Assembly (NCBI GenBank): GCA_027923505.1
Contig: BROI01000011.1
Span: forward strand, 372,001-436,000
DNA length: 64,000 bases
Source: Mayamaea pseudoterrestris
Taxonomy: Eukaryota
Direction: 5' to 3'
Part shown: positions 46,382 through 58,304 of the stretch, piece by piece
Numbering within the stretch: position 1 is the first letter of the stretch
Layout of the letters: each line of letters begins with the position of its first letter
Program-made: the position numbers and the translations under genes
The notes under the pieces: generated by a model
The model's input: the letters and a program-made list of their open reading frames with translations, nothing else
Database searches by the model: none
What the model was told of the DNA's origin: nothing

Positions 46382-48484
46382 TCAACGGCCCGATGAGACC
46401 GTTTGGAACGAGGCAAGAGCCTCATATTTCAATCGATCCATCTCATCATCATTTAGAGTCGTGCAGATGGCGCATATATGTGAGTCAGGACGAATCAAAA
46501 TAACGCAAGGAACTTGTGTCCGAAACGAAAACGCCGCGTTGCTTAAATCAGCCTCCATCATTTGTAGATCTCCTGCACTCTTCATGCCATCGCAGTTTAA
46601 CCAAGCAACTTCAACGGCGAGACCGCTATCGACAAGTAGCTGTTGTAATCTTTCAACTGCCGAATCTCCATAATATATCCCAACAACAAGCAGTACAAAG
46701 CACGGATGACTGGTGCGCGACATTTGGGCAGAATGGTTGGTGGTGCTAATGATACCCGGTCGAAGATATCGCAAATTGGAATATCTCGACGCCTCTGACA
46801 TTACTTTTGCTTCAGCATGCGGTACTAGCTTACCAACACCAAGCGCTGGTGTCATGGCTGCAGTGTCATGCTTCCAGTGCAGCGCGGTCTCGTTCTCAGC
46901 AGTTGCGCCATAGTCAAAGCCAATCTCGTGCTTTGGAAACAGCAAAGGCAAGCCAGTTCCTTGTTGGAGTGCTTTTCGTAAATTGTTGCGAATATGCGTC
47001 GAAAACAATGAATCTTTGGCCGACCCAAGCCACGCCAGCGGCAGCAAGGCCGTCTTGAACAAGGAGCGAAAGATACTTTGTTTGGCAATAAGTGGTAGTG
47101 GCGACTTTTCGAGAACTTTGACGAGCAAGCTGGGATGTTTCTCATGCAAGTAGCACGACTCGGTGACTTTCAGTAGTCGCTGGTAGTTACGCACCGATAG
47201 TGCCGCATTCTGCTGCGCCACTGGTTGCCGCTCCCTTTGGTACGACTGCAAAACACCTTTCAAAACATTCGCACAACCATCACTACCATGGTACCACATT
47301 GCCACCTTCCAAGCCAAGTTATGCGCATCCTGCAAACCAGTGTTCATTCCAAAGCCACCTGCCGGAGGAAAGACATGGGCGGCATCCCCAATCAAAACCA
47401 TGTTGTCATTGAAGTATCGCTCGGCAATCATGCTGCCCATGACCCATGGCTTTGCCGATTGCACCGTCCAGCTTTGAACGAATGGTCCAAAAATGGATTT
47501 GAGCAAAATGTGAATCTTGTTTGGTGCAAAGTCATGTTCCATGGTTTGGTACGGAGGAAAGTATGGAATTTGCACAATGTAATCGCCGATCGAATGACAA
47601 ACCACCATGGCTACTACGTGTTCATTGAATATAGAGTATAGCATGGCGTGATTGTCATGTTGATGCAGCTGTTTGGCTTGATGAGGATCCAGCGTGACGT
47701 GAATGTTCACAAGGTGCTGCATGTTGCGTTGTCCTCTCCACGGAATTTGTTGCGCCGTTCTTATGGACGACTGCGCACCGTCTGCGGCGATGACCAAAGG
47801 AGTCGTGTAGATTGTTCCGTCATGACAGTTGACTGTACACTGGTGCGAAGCAGGGTCCTTTGCTGTTGCGATGACAGTGGAGCCATAGCAAACGGTGGAC
47901 TGCGGCTGCGTAACGGCCAAGTCGTAAAGGATTTTGCAAAAGGTATGCTGCGCAAGGTGACCGACCGAGCACGGAGAAAGGAACTTTGGCTTCTTTCCTT
48001 CTTCAATTGATTCACTGCTTCTATTTTCGTCTATAAGTAGTCCGTTGGAATCAATGCCTGCCTGTAAAGGTTGATGGACTGGATGTAGTACCGTCGCGAG
48101 AGGCGTTTTGCTCATGCTGTAAGCAAACCGAAAGTGCGTCCAGTCATCAACGGGAGGCATGGTATGCAGAACCTTCTTATAAGTTTCATCTGGTAAGTGG
48201 TATTTGAGTAGTTCCATTGTTCGCGTATTCAAAAAGTGAGCCTGGGGATGACGGAACCTTGAATCGCAAGAATGTTGCTCCAACAAGACATTGGGAACGT
48301 CATATTGCGACAGCAAAATTGACATGAAGAGTCCCGAAGGACCACCACCGACAATAAAAATGGGATTTTTGCTTGACGATGCGATAGATGAAACATTGCG
48401 ATGCAGTTGACTCGATAAGTAGCGAGTGCGTGGCCGACGGCCCATGAAGAATGTGACCTGGCTAGGCAAGATTCTTGGCCTCAT
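46382..48484 (-). CDS. FAD-dependent aromatic monooxygenase (PheA/TfdB, FAD_binding_3 family)
   Basis: IVGGGPSGL, VIAADGAQSSIR, LIGDAAHVFPPAGGFGMNTGLQDAHNLAWK and C-terminal ILIRPDSHI. Arg-rich N-terminus suggests mitochondrial import. Confidence 0.92.
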   Translation of the reverse strand: MRPRILPSQVTFFMGRRPRTRYLSSQLHRNVSSIASSSKNPIFIVGGGPSGLFMSILLSQYDVPNVLLEQHSCDSRFRHPQAHFLNTRTMELLKYHLPDETYKKVLHTMPPVDDWTHFRFAYSMSKTPLATVLHPVHQPLQAGIDSNGLLIDENRSSESIEEGKKPKFLSPCSVGHLAQHTFCKILYDLAVTQPQSTVCYGSTVIATAKDPASHQCTVNCHDGTIYTTPLVIAADGAQSSIRTAQQIPWRGQRNMQHLVNIHVTLDPHQAKQLHQHDNHAMLYSIFNEHVVAMVVCHSIGDYIVQIPYFPPYQTMEHDFAPNKIHILLKSIFGPFVQSWTVQSAKPWVMGSMIAERYFNDNMVLIGDAAHVFPPAGGFGMNTGLQDAHNLAWKVAMWYHGSDGCANVLKGVLQSYQRERQPVAQQNAALSVRNYQRLLKVTESCYLHEKHPSLLVKVLEKSPLPLIAKQSIFRSLFKTALLPLAWLGSAKDSLFSTHIRNNLRKALQQGTGLPLLFPKHEIGFDYGATAENETALHWKHDTAAMTPALGVGKLVPHAEAKVMSEASRYSNLRYLRPGIISTTNHSAQMSRTSHPCFVLLVVGIYYGDSAVERLQQLLVDSGLAVEVAWLNCDGMKSAGDLQMMEADLSNAAFSFRTQVPCVILIRPDSHICAICTTLNDDEMDRLKYEALASFQTVSSGR

Positions 48485-48971
48485 TCCTCTTGCTTGTATG
48501 AATCGCTTAAACAAAAAGACATGTAACTTTCATGTCGAGCTTCTGCTGCTCTCCAGTGTATTAAAGTTGCTCCTAGTGCATCGACCGGAGCTTGGAAGAG
48601 ATGCCATGGTCGACAGGATGTGAGCCAAAAAATAATGATGGAGTCAGCATGTGAAAAGTCGTAGCGGTTCTCAAGTCACCTTTTGGCGATCCATCCCCTC
48701 TCCTGCGCGTCCTCTTCGAGCATATGGAAAGTCTCTGTTAAAACTCTGTCAGTATGAGTATCATAAGAGTTTCAAGTTGGTAGTAATGTTATTAATACTC
48801 ACATCGTCTAAGCGAGGTTACAGCAAGCATTGCCAACCAACCATGACAGGTATGCCCAACCCAACCATTCACTGCGCACAACATCAGACTTCTATAACAA
48901 ACAAACATTTCGTGTTACAGCCATTTTCAATTGTGACTATGCCGAAGGAGAAGCAATGACATTTTTACAGT

Positions 48972-50352
48972 CTACACGGGCATTCCATAGCTGTCTGCAA
49001 CCGAGCTCCCATCCATGCCACCTCCAATTCTCATTTGCTCTCGAAGCAACCGCTGCGGGGTGCTGTAGCCCATGACGAGATCGTAGTCGGGAAAGACTGG
49101 ATCCACGGGCAATGGCCAAGTCCAGTAAGCGCCAATGCCAAAAATGTGCTCCAGCGGAATTGCCTCTTCCTCCGAGTCGCCCAAGGTATTGTTGGCCTTT
49201 TTTTTCAGTCGATCAATGGTTCCAATACCAGTCATAATGCCGTATACAACATTCATCAGCATCGAACTTGTCTGCGATCGGCAAGCAGGGTATAAAGTGT
49301 TGCGTAGAGTGTTAGGATTACTCACGGCGCACAAGACGGCCCACACAAGCAACTACTCACGAATAAAAAGGCTCCAATGCAAAGCACGGTCATTATCCGC
49401 ACCATTTGCGTCAATACAATGGAGAAGACGCATTGCTCATCAGCGCAGAAAAAGTAGTTCCATCCAAAGAGCAGCAAGCACAAGACACTTGACGACCACG
49501 TGTATATCAAAAATAGCAAAAAGTGCTTCATATTGGCTGCTCCAACGCAATTGTTCATCCACGGACAATGGTGGTCCATGCGGCTGATGCATCGATTGCA
49601 AATCCTGCAGTGATGGGAGTGCGGTGGCTTGAATGACTGACACTGCGAGCACATGCTTAGTTTCGAGTGAAGCATTCGCTGAGCTTCCGTTGGAATGGCC
49701 GATTGAGGAACGGAACCTGGATCCGTCAAGGATGTTTTGAGATGACAAGCGAGCGCCAGGGAGGCAAGGATGCAGTATGTCAAGGATAATATCGAGGAAA
49801 TACCATGCGATTGTGCCAAAAAAGTCATGGTAATCTGACTGTACAAAATGAGTAGCCACACAATGAACGACATGATTGAACCTGCAGGATCGTTCTGATT
49901 GAGCCATATTCCTGCATCATCGGCTGTTCCCGTATTGCAAGACCAGCTCATGTCATTGAAATGATCTTCGTAATAGAGCGTTTCGTCGTGCGGATTGTGA
50001 TGAGCGGAGCAGATGCATCGGCACACATCAGACGCCGTATTCCAGCAACGACGAGTCACCGACAGCTTCTTCGACTTTTCTGATGGCATTGCTGGTCCGA
50101 GGCCTCCATAAGTGAACGATTCATATCTAGACGATATAGGAGCGTTCTGTATAGGAAGCAATGATGCGTGATTAGTTACGACAGAGTTAAAACAGTGAAT
50201 GCAACCAAGCAGTAACAATCACTGTTGCAGTGAGACGTCATTGTACTCACCGGATCATCCCTATACGGAACGTCTCCTCCAACGCGTTGCCGTTGTCGAG
50301 TATTGAATCCATTGCTTGCTCCGGGTGGAGTTGAAGGCGATGCTTGCATCAT
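48972..50352 (-). CDS. DHHC palmitoyl S-acyltransferase, 3 exons (introns 50147-50250, 49272-49360)
   Basis: TDPGSVP and CSQCQSFKPPHSHHCRICNRCISRMDHHCPWMNNCVG, with four TM segments. Confidence 0.95.
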
Positions 50353-50527
50353 GGTCGAGTGAAAATAAAATGCGTTGCGAGATGGCGACCGTTCGTGAGT
50401 ACACAAACCCCAATAGTTTTGTTAAAAACCGATGCGACTAACGTTTCTCCATCGCGCCCGCGACCAACGAGGCCATCATCCACTCGTCACAAATTCTTCA
50501 CAAGCGCCATGGCCTTGCAAACTTGAT

Positions 50528-53485
50528 ATGCAAGCCGGTAGCTACCACAACATGAACTCGATTTTTCAGCAGAGCGTCTCTGTACAACAACTTGAACATT
50601 TGATCCTTTTGTCAGCCGATCCTCGGCAGCCGACCGTCCAACACGACGCGACTGTTTCCCTGCAAGACTGGTTCGCTCACCGCGCGTCACCAACACTGCT
50701 AATTCAGCTACTGCAACAATCACAGCACGAGCAAGCACAGTTTTATGCATTGACATGTCTAGAGCGAATCCAGTTGTCATTGCAGGAGCGGTTCCAATTA
50801 CGCTCGCTGCTCCTGTCACCTCATTTTGCAACTCGCGCGCCAACCTACCTGAGAAACAAGGCGGCAGTCCTCATTGTTCATTTGTTCGTTTCAAACCCAA
50901 TGGAATGGACAAGTCTCGAGTCTGACTTGATTGGATTGGCCCAATGCAACCCTGACGTCTTTTTACGATCGATGAACATACTTGTGCAGGAACTGTTAGA
51001 GTCCGACGCAAAGGATTTGACACGACAAGTCAAGGATTTACTGAATGGTAACCTTTCGACAAGTCAAGCTGATACTACTTTAACTCACGAGATGACGCTG
51101 CTGGAGAAGCTCTTTGGTTGCGTCGCGCAGATACTGCATGCAGTGTTGCATCAGCCACCAAATGGCTCGACCATGGACTTTGCGAATCTTGCCTTGCAAA
51201 GCATGTACACCTTTTTGCTATGGAAACCATTGGACTGCTTGACAAAGAACCAGCAGGCGTTTTATGATTTGCTACTGCTGGCGCTCGAGAAACAAGAGAC
51301 GCAACTGAACTGCCTTAAAGTATGGCACGAGTGGGTCAATAGCACGGCATGCGAAATAGAAGCTGGTGGCTTGGAGTTGCACCATGACATGACCCGAGTC
51401 AAAATGGCTGTTCTTGAACGTATACACAAGGCGGATATTATTCCATATCAAGGCGAGTCGACCTACGATATTGATGTCATTATCCAGGCAGCAACACTGA
51501 TAGATGCCATTGGTATTGACGTTTTGGAGAAGCAACAATCATCAACTGTTGTCGGAAATGGCAACGGCACAAGCTCAACAGGGCAGTTGAACACCGCATT
51601 ATTCCAGCAAGTGTATGATCTCTTTTTGCGAGCATTTAGCTACGATGATATTGACGTTTCGGTGGCTGTCATGCCCTTTTGTAATGCAATTGTCGCTTCC
51701 ATGGAAAAGGACACTTCCATTGCATCAAGGCTGCCCCAAATACTTGGCATACTTTATCAGCAGCTGAGATACGACGACGATTTTTGCCACGACCATGAAG
51801 ACGACGATGATGCTGAGCATATTATCTATCATACACAGCTGTGCAAGCTGTATGCAACGATTGTACGATCGGCGCCGGACATGACTCTGCAGTTTGTCTG
51901 CGACAAGTTGACCCAAGTAATTGCCCCAGAGGCATGTTCGTCTGACGCGGAAGCAACTCTGCAACTTGTCTTTCACTACTGTGAAGGCATTCGACCTGCA
52001 CCTGGATTGAAAGTCGTAATGCGCAATGAATCGTTTTGTCACATGCTAAAGGCGCTGCTGTCAAGTAATTTATGCAACCATGCACAGCCTGAAGTTCTGC
52101 TCGTGTATTACGAGATTGCCGTTCGCTACTATCAATTGTTTGAGCGAGCGGAAAATTTGCCATTGTTGGCGAATGTCCTGCAATATATAAGCGGACCTCG
52201 CGGACTGCAGCATGCACATGCCAAGGTGCGATCACGATCGTGCTATTTGTTGCTGCGCTTGACCAAATCATTGACGCATCTTCTCCGACCGTACGTTGAA
52301 ACTGCAGTGGTCGGGATTCAGGCTTTAATCACAAACAGTGCGATGAAGCTGCGACCTGATGACCAGTTATATCTTTTCGAAACAATGGGACTCTTGCTGG
52401 GAATGACTGGTTTAGAGGCGTCTTTACAACAGCAGTATCTTGGTGAGCTACTGACACCACATTTGCGTTCCATTGAGAGCGTCGTGCAAGCATCAACTTT
52501 GTCGGAAAATGTTGAGTTCAACAGCGAAAGTGTCTCAAACTCGATTGCGGCGGTGGCTCACTTATCGAAAGGCTTTGCAAAGCCATCCCATGAAGTGCGA
52601 AATGTCTTTGTTGCCACCCTTCCAGTCATTTTGCGAGTTCTCGAAACCTTTTCGAGCGATGAGCATATCCGCAACAAGGCTATGATTTTTCTTCAACGCA
52701 TGATCATATGTGTTGAGACGCTTGTTTTGCCATTTCTTCCACAATTTCTCAAAGTACTGACAGCAAGCTGCAACACTGAGGATGTCTCATTTGTGTCGCA
52801 AATTTTTAATCAGCTTTGCATTCGGTTTCAGCAGGATGCAGCACTTCCTATTGACGAAGCCCTTATACCGTTCCTTGAAAAGTGTCACAGACTCGTCACG
52901 TCAATCGATGACGGAAACTCGGATAATTCTACCCATCTACAAGTTGAAAAGCTGTCGATCAAGAAACTTCCATACGCTATTCTTCAAAATATTGTCCAGC
53001 ACGACCTTGTAACTGTCTTGGTTTCGCCGAGGAATATCGATAATCTCGAATTGATTTTAAGGGTAGTCGCGGAAGGAGCGTGCTCTACTGATGATTCAGC
53101 TGTTCAGAAAACTTGTTTGCGCTTTTTTCGCAATCTAGTCGAGCGGTGGGCAGATAATGAAACGGAATATCTAGCTGGCCTTGTCACATTTATGCGCGAC
53201 GTCCTTCTCCGCAACGTTGTTCTCTCTATGATGGACCCAGCATTTGATGAACGCAATGCAAGTCAGGCCAGAAATGTGACCGAGTTTACAAAAATTCTTG
53301 TTGCAGTCAAAATGAAGACGGAGGCTCTGTATTTTCAAGAGTATATTATGTCTGGTCTTGAAGCGTCTGGAGTCATTCCCGCTAATATTCTTGATTCTCT
53401 GAAGATTGCCCAAAACTCCCATGATATTGATGATTGTTTTGCTGAACTATTCATTCGAAGCAAAGCTCACATCCATAGAAAGTAA
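50528..53485 (+). CDS. Exportin-T (tRNA export karyopherin, Los1/Xpo-t-like)
   Basis: About 985-aa HEAT-repeat ORF. YLRNK, YYEIAVRY, GLQHAHAKVRSRSCYL, DDQLYLFETMGLL and LSKGF match exportin-T as I recall it. Confidence 0.8.
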   Translation: MQAGSYHNMNSIFQQSVSVQQLEHLILLSADPRQPTVQHDATVSLQDWFAHRASPTLLIQLLQQSQHEQAQFYALTCLERIQLSLQERFQLRSLLLSPHFATRAPTYLRNKAAVLIVHLFVSNPMEWTSLESDLIGLAQCNPDVFLRSMNILVQELLESDAKDLTRQVKDLLNGNLSTSQADTTLTHEMTLLEKLFGCVAQILHAVLHQPPNGSTMDFANLALQSMYTFLLWKPLDCLTKNQQAFYDLLLLALEKQETQLNCLKVWHEWVNSTACEIEAGGLELHHDMTRVKMAVLERIHKADIIPYQGESTYDIDVIIQAATLIDAIGIDVLEKQQSSTVVGNGNGTSSTGQLNTALFQQVYDLFLRAFSYDDIDVSVAVMPFCNAIVASMEKDTSIASRLPQILGILYQQLRYDDDFCHDHEDDDDAEHIIYHTQLCKLYATIVRSAPDMTLQFVCDKLTQVIAPEACSSDAEATLQLVFHYCEGIRPAPGLKVVMRNESFCHMLKALLSSNLCNHAQPEVLLVYYEIAVRYYQLFERAENLPLLANVLQYISGPRGLQHAHAKVRSRSCYLLLRLTKSLTHLLRPYVETAVVGIQALITNSAMKLRPDDQLYLFETMGLLLGMTGLEASLQQQYLGELLTPHLRSIESVVQASTLSENVEFNSESVSNSIAAVAHLSKGFAKPSHEVRNVFVATLPVILRVLETFSSDEHIRNKAMIFLQRMIICVETLVLPFLPQFLKVLTASCNTEDVSFVSQIFNQLCIRFQQDAALPIDEALIPFLEKCHRLVTSIDDGNSDNSTHLQVEKLSIKKLPYAILQNIVQHDLVTVLVSPRNIDNLELILRVVAEGACSTDDSAVQKTCLRFFRNLVERWADNETEYLAGLVTFMRDVLLRNVVLSMMDPAFDERNASQARNVTEFTKILVAVKMKTEALYFQEYIMSGLEASGVIPANILDSLKIAQNSHDIDDCFAELFIRSKAHIHRK

Positions 53486-53779
53486 CATAGAGAAGTAAAC
53501 TACTACTTTTAAAACAAACTGGGCGTGCTCGTCATTCGCGCATATAAGCCATGCACTGTAAGAGATGCATCCAAGCTATGAAAGCAGCTCAATGCTTTGG
53601 AGCAGCTACTGCGCCAGGAAACGGCACTTCTTTACTGTAGCGATGGCGGTGCCAAAATGGTTTTGGTCTCTAGTGCCATCTTCATCAGTATCTTCAAATC
53701 TCATACCTCCGCAAACTTCATGAAGATCTTGAATCACAAAGGATTAGCCCCTCAATCCAGGTCCCGATTACAAACGAAG

Positions 53780-54730
53780 TTTTTCGAAATCCAGTTGCTT
53801 CCGTTCGTTCGAAAGCGGCCTCCAGAGGGTTGGGGTTGTCGCTGGGATAGCAATCCCCACAGTGGTTTCTCCCCTCCTTGGCTCTGACACTAGTAATATA
53901 AAGTATCAGTTAATACCCCGCCCAGCTGCTTCCACCACCGCTGGGTGCGGAGCCAGACATCTGCCCAGCGGTTGTGCAAACTTCAAGATCGGCAGCGTAG
54001 CGATGCCAATGCATTGCAACGTTTTTGAAAAGCTCCTCAATTGGCAGCAAGCCGGCAATCTCTCCAGTGCCACTGAATTTGGTTGGTACTCCCATCAATC
54101 CTTTCCTCAGAGGAAGCGGGGCATGCAGCTCGAGAGCCGACGTGCAATTCACTGCCCTGGTAACACTCGGGGGTTGGCTCCATCGCATGTCAGCACGCGG
54201 TAGACCATTGCCCAGCGCTGTCGCACCTTCTGCGCCTTCTGTACATTTTTGTAAATAGCCAGCCAATCATTGTTGTGGATGACAATGGGCAACCTCACAA
54301 TAGACAATTTTGGAACCGAGGCAAGGGGGATACCATTGGCTGTGAAGAATACTTTACGAGCGAAACGCGCATCCTCCCAAGCATGCCACTGCTGTTGCGG
54401 ACAGCCCCTTTGCGGCAACGAGTAATTTGTTTGTGACCACATAGCGCTTCAAGCGTCACAAACATATCACACAACTCGCACGCGAAAGCAGTGTTGTCCC
54501 TCCAGGATCTAGAAATGGTCTCTGACTTGTCGGTGAATGAAAAATGGTTCCAAACTGGCCTCCAGAAGGTTGGGATTGTCGCTGGAATACCAATCCCCGA
54601 CATGGTGTTCCTCCCCTCCTAGGTTCTGACACTAGTACTATAAAGTATGTATACGACACGTTGGATCGCAACAGAACGCTGGAGATACTGAAAGGCTATG
54701 GAGTAGGACCGCAGGTGTGTGCCGGTTGCT
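53780..54730 (-). mobile_element. Degenerate non-LTR retrotransposon (LINE) fragments
   Basis: CELCDMFV...H...RCRKG and NDWLAIYKNVQKA..RWAMVYRVLTCDGANPRV on the minus strand. An RT piece YDTLDRNRTLEILKGYGVGP on the plus strand (about 54650-54720). Confidence 0.75.
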
Positions 54731-54789
54731 TCGTAACTTTTGGGACTGCAGCAGGTGGTGGCGAGGCTAGGTGGATTCCAAATAGAGCC

Positions 54790-54900
54790 GCCGCACATGT
54801 AGCGCCGTTTGGTGGGAATCTCTCTGAGTTGGGCAATGAGGCCCGGCGTGTGGGACACGAGTTGATCAACTGAGACGCATTCGCCAGGTTTGGTGCCCAC
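54790..54900 (-). mobile_element. Ty1/copia (CoDi-like) integrase fragment
   Basis: KPGECVSVDQLVSHTPGLIAQLREIPTKRRY resembles the start of the diatom copia integrase core. Confidence 0.75.
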
Positions 54901-54989
54901 CAGCTTGGGTTCTCCCTTGGTGGACTGAGGTTGCGCAGTTCGAATACCTGGCGGAGTCCATGGAGCAGGAACTGAAGCACCTACAAGGT

Positions 54990-55405
54990 AGCTACGTCGC
55001 CTACGAGGCCCTCGCCTTGCCCCAAGAGTTCACAGCCCCCGCTCCATTCGCCGCTGGATCCTCGGAGGACACCATGTACTGGCACCAGGCGCGAGGAGTT
55101 TTTAAAGGCAGCTCAAAAGGAAATTGATGACCAGGCCAACAACGGCATATGGGAGGTCGTGCCCAGGCCCCAAGTGTCCAAGGGAGTCAAGCCACTCCCC
55201 GCAGTCTGGGCAATGAAGCGCAAGCGCAGGATCACCACAGGAGAGATCTACAAGTGGAAGGCTCGACTCAACCTGGATGGATCCAAGCAGGTAAAAGGCG
55301 TGCACTACGATCAGACCTATGCTCCAGTAGCCTCCTGGGCCACCATACGCCTGGTAATAGCCAAGGCCCTACAATTTCAGTGGCACAGTCGCCAAATAAT
55401 ATACT
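54990..55405 (+). mobile_element. Ty1/copia (CoDi-like) reverse transcriptase fragment
   Basis: DTMYWHQA, then WEVVPR..PLPAVWAMKRKRRITTGEIYKWKARLNLDGSKQVKGVHYDQTYAPVASWATIRL. Confidence 0.9.
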
Positions 55406-55409
55406 TTGT

Positions 55410-56150
55410 GCAAGCAGGGAAGGGAGATTCTTTTCGCAATCGGCTACGCCGACGCGTGAGCTGCCCGGAGAGCAGCAAGGATCTCTCTGCAGGTTCACTC
55501 CAACAGCATATGGAGGGTGCCCCCCCCCCCCTGGCCCGCGTACGTTGTACGAAAAATTCACGGACGACAGCAACGCGCGAACGCAGCCATCCCTGACATC
55601 CTCCGCGCTATCGGGAAGTTGCTGTCCACAGCACCGAGGTGCCCCACGTGTTCGTTACACTTATGGTGTACTTGTTGGTTCCAACACACTTAACTGTTTC
55701 GACAGTGACTGGCCAGCAGTGCACAGGAATGTCATGAAGGCGCGCATGCGCTGGGCCATGATCTCCAACCTTCTCACACGAAAATGAGCCAGCCCCCTTA
55801 TTTTGGGAATGTTCCACAAGGCCGTGGTCCGATTGGTCCTATTATACGGTAGTGAATCTTGGAACCACAGATCCGCAATGCTCAGGACATTAGAAGGCTT
55901 CCATCATCGGATCGCTCGACGACTTTCAGGTCTCTTGCCCCGATGCCGCACACTCCCCCAGGGGGAGAAGTAATGGTAATATCCTAACATTGACTGTGCA
56001 ACGGAATTCGCTGGCGTGTTGCTGATGGAGGAGTTAATCCACTGTCGCAACACAACTAAGCCGTTGATAACATCGCTACCAGGCCTATATTTAATCTCTG
56101 CACCAACAACAGACGAGCCAGATGGTGGGACCAGTTAGTTTAGGATAGAC
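55410..56150 (+). mobile_element. Degenerate LINE C-terminal fragment
   Basis: DSDWPAVHRNVMKARMRWAMIS, then FHKAVVRLVLLYGSESW...LEGFHHRIARRLSG, with stops and frameshifts. Confidence 0.8.
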
Positions 56151-56564
56151 ATTAAAAAAGTACCAATAGCGTCAAAGCCTATGAAGGGGAAGACTGCTGA
56201 AGCGAGGTCGATACTTCACAATCTTCAAGCCTCACCCTCCCGGAGGCCAGTTAAACATTAACAAGTATGCATTAAATACTCCCCTACACCTTCCGTTAGA
56301 GGCTCCCACCGCCGCTGTGCGCGAGATGAGTCAGATATATGCCATGCGCTTAAGCTAAAATAAAATATTGGCCGCTCAACAAAAAAGGCGACGTCTGCAT
56401 TGCGACGTTTATGGAGAATTTTTAATTGTCAGCAAGAAGGAATCTCCAGTGCCTCTGCACTTGTTTCCTAAGAGAAAGCGGGGCATGCGGCACGAAAACT
56501 GACTAAAAATTAAAATATGAAAACCGGTAACCCATGTTTCACGATTCACTGCCCGCTTGTGTGA

Positions 56565-56879
56565 CCATTGTCCCAGGTCATAAACAAATTGTCCTGGCCT
56601 TTAAGAAAGAGCTTCGAAGAAGTCTCCTGTTGGATCCTATCTCATAATGTGGCACTTGCTCGATCAGATAAAAAAATGGCAGAAGGACTACAACGCGGGT
56701 ACCCAGGTTAGCCCAAACGAACCATTGTCCCAGGCCAGACACAAATTGTCCTGGCCTTTAAGAAAATGCTTCGAAGAAGTCTCCTGTTGGATCCTATCTC
56801 ATTGTGTGGCACTTGCTCGATCAGAAAAAAATATTGAAAAAGAAGGACTACGATGCGGTAACCCAGGTTAGCTCAAACG
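56565..56879. repeat. ~156-bp imperfect tandem duplication
   Basis: accattgtcccagg...cttcgaagaagtctcctgttggatcctatctca...acccaggttag at 56565 and again at 56721. Confidence 0.9.
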
Positions 56880-57277
56880 CCATGGAACTAAAGATTAACT
56901 CGTATCAATGATGCTTGGGAAAAATCACCTGAGAGATTCTAACAACCTTTTCCACTAATCAAACGGATGAGAACCAGAGGTGAGGTTTGGCAATTTTGTC
57001 TGTTGAGCCGTTGCCAAGCACTTTTGGGTTCATTATATTGTCTAAATGTTTTTTCAACATAACCAAATTTTGTAGCAGTATTGGCATTAGAGCACAAGCA
57101 GTTGCAGCTCATTCTGGAGAACGTCACTACAGCGCCACTGGTGTACTCTCAATCGGCAGTTACGTCAAAGTCAAGGTGTGTTGGATAATGCGGAGCACTC
57201 ATGGAGATTCCTTCAAACAAAGGTTCTTATAGAGTTAGGGTTTTTGATGCTGCTCTGGGTAGTGCAATGGCCATCGG

Positions 57278-57680
57278 ATTTGGCTTGGGCATCCTTAGTT
57301 TCAGCTCAACGGTGGTGCGGTTCAATAGTTGGGGCGTCTCCTTGGCTGCAGCTCCCACTTCATCACTGTCCATCTTCCAGATCCATCTGGCTGGAATCTA
57401 GATCATGTCTGCTGCCATCAGTTGAAGGGACTTCAATTGTCACCACATATCAATATGGATCAGCTGTTGCAGTAAGTGATTTGGCTTGGGCATCCCAACA
57501 AACTTTCATCTCCACGGTGTTGCGGTTCAATAGTTGGGGCGTCTCCATGGCTGCAGCTCCCACTCCATCACTGTCCAACTTCCAGATCCATTTCGTTGGA
57601 TTCTAGATCATGTCTCTCTGCCACCAGGTGAAGGGGCTTCAATTGTCACCACACATCAATTTGGATCTGCTGTTGCAGTT
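57278..57680. repeat. ~200-bp imperfect tandem duplication
   Basis: gatttggcttgggcatcc...gcggttcaatagttggggcgtctcc...ctgttgcagt at about 57278 and about 57478. Confidence 0.9.
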
Positions 57681-57850
57681 AGTAATGGGTCCTATGAGCC
57701 AACATTGCTGCTTTGCTCAAGGCCAAAAGAGGACCAAATCGCTTATCGGAGTGAAGTGATTGGCTGTGGCTTGTACCAAACCATTGTCATTGTGCACCTG
57801 CATTGCTGATATTACAATTTGACTGAGGACTCCCCTTGAGCTTGCATGCG

Positions 57851-57923
57851 ATGGTCTCTCAGCCCTCAAACAAGCTAGCAAAGTTTATGGTCTCTCAGCC
57901 CTCAAACAAGCTAGCAAAGTTTA
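57851..57923. repeat. 36-bp perfect tandem duplication
   Basis: atggtctctcagccctcaaacaagctagcaaagttt occurs twice. Confidence 0.9.
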
Positions 57924-58049
57924 ATCATTGGCACCATACAGCCAGTTCCATTTTGATATCATTTCTGCCTGCTAGTCCTGATCCTCAAAACTCCCATTGA
58001 ATGGAAAACGCGGCATGTCCTGGGTCGCCAGTGTTAACAAGGTGGTTGG

Positions 58050-58304
58050 GTAGGTACTCATCTGGGCTACTCTGAATGACCCCATATGAGGCCGCCAAGC
58101 TTTATCGCGTTCGGTTTGCGGGAAGGTACTCAACTTGTTGGTCCTCTGGATCACTGGGCTACTCTGGATGACTCCATATGAGACTGCCAAGCTTCACCGC
58201 GTTCAGTTTGCGGGAAGGTACTCAACTTATGGGTCCTCTGGATCACTGGGCTACTCTGAATGACTCCATATGAGGCCGCCAGGCTTCATCGCGTTCGGTT
58301 TGCG
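58050..58304. repeat. ~92-bp tandem repeat, about 2.7 copies
   Basis: ctgggctactctg(a/g)atgac(c/t)ccatatgag...cgcgttc(g/a)gtttgcg at about 58063, 58155 and 58246. Confidence 0.9.

Noticed and set aside
53820..53890. tRNA suggested by the translated RWDSNP motif
   Set aside because: The nucleotides (gggatagcaatccc) lack the TTCGAA T-loop and a cloverleaf. The segment is a duplicate of LINE-derived sequence at about 54560-54647.
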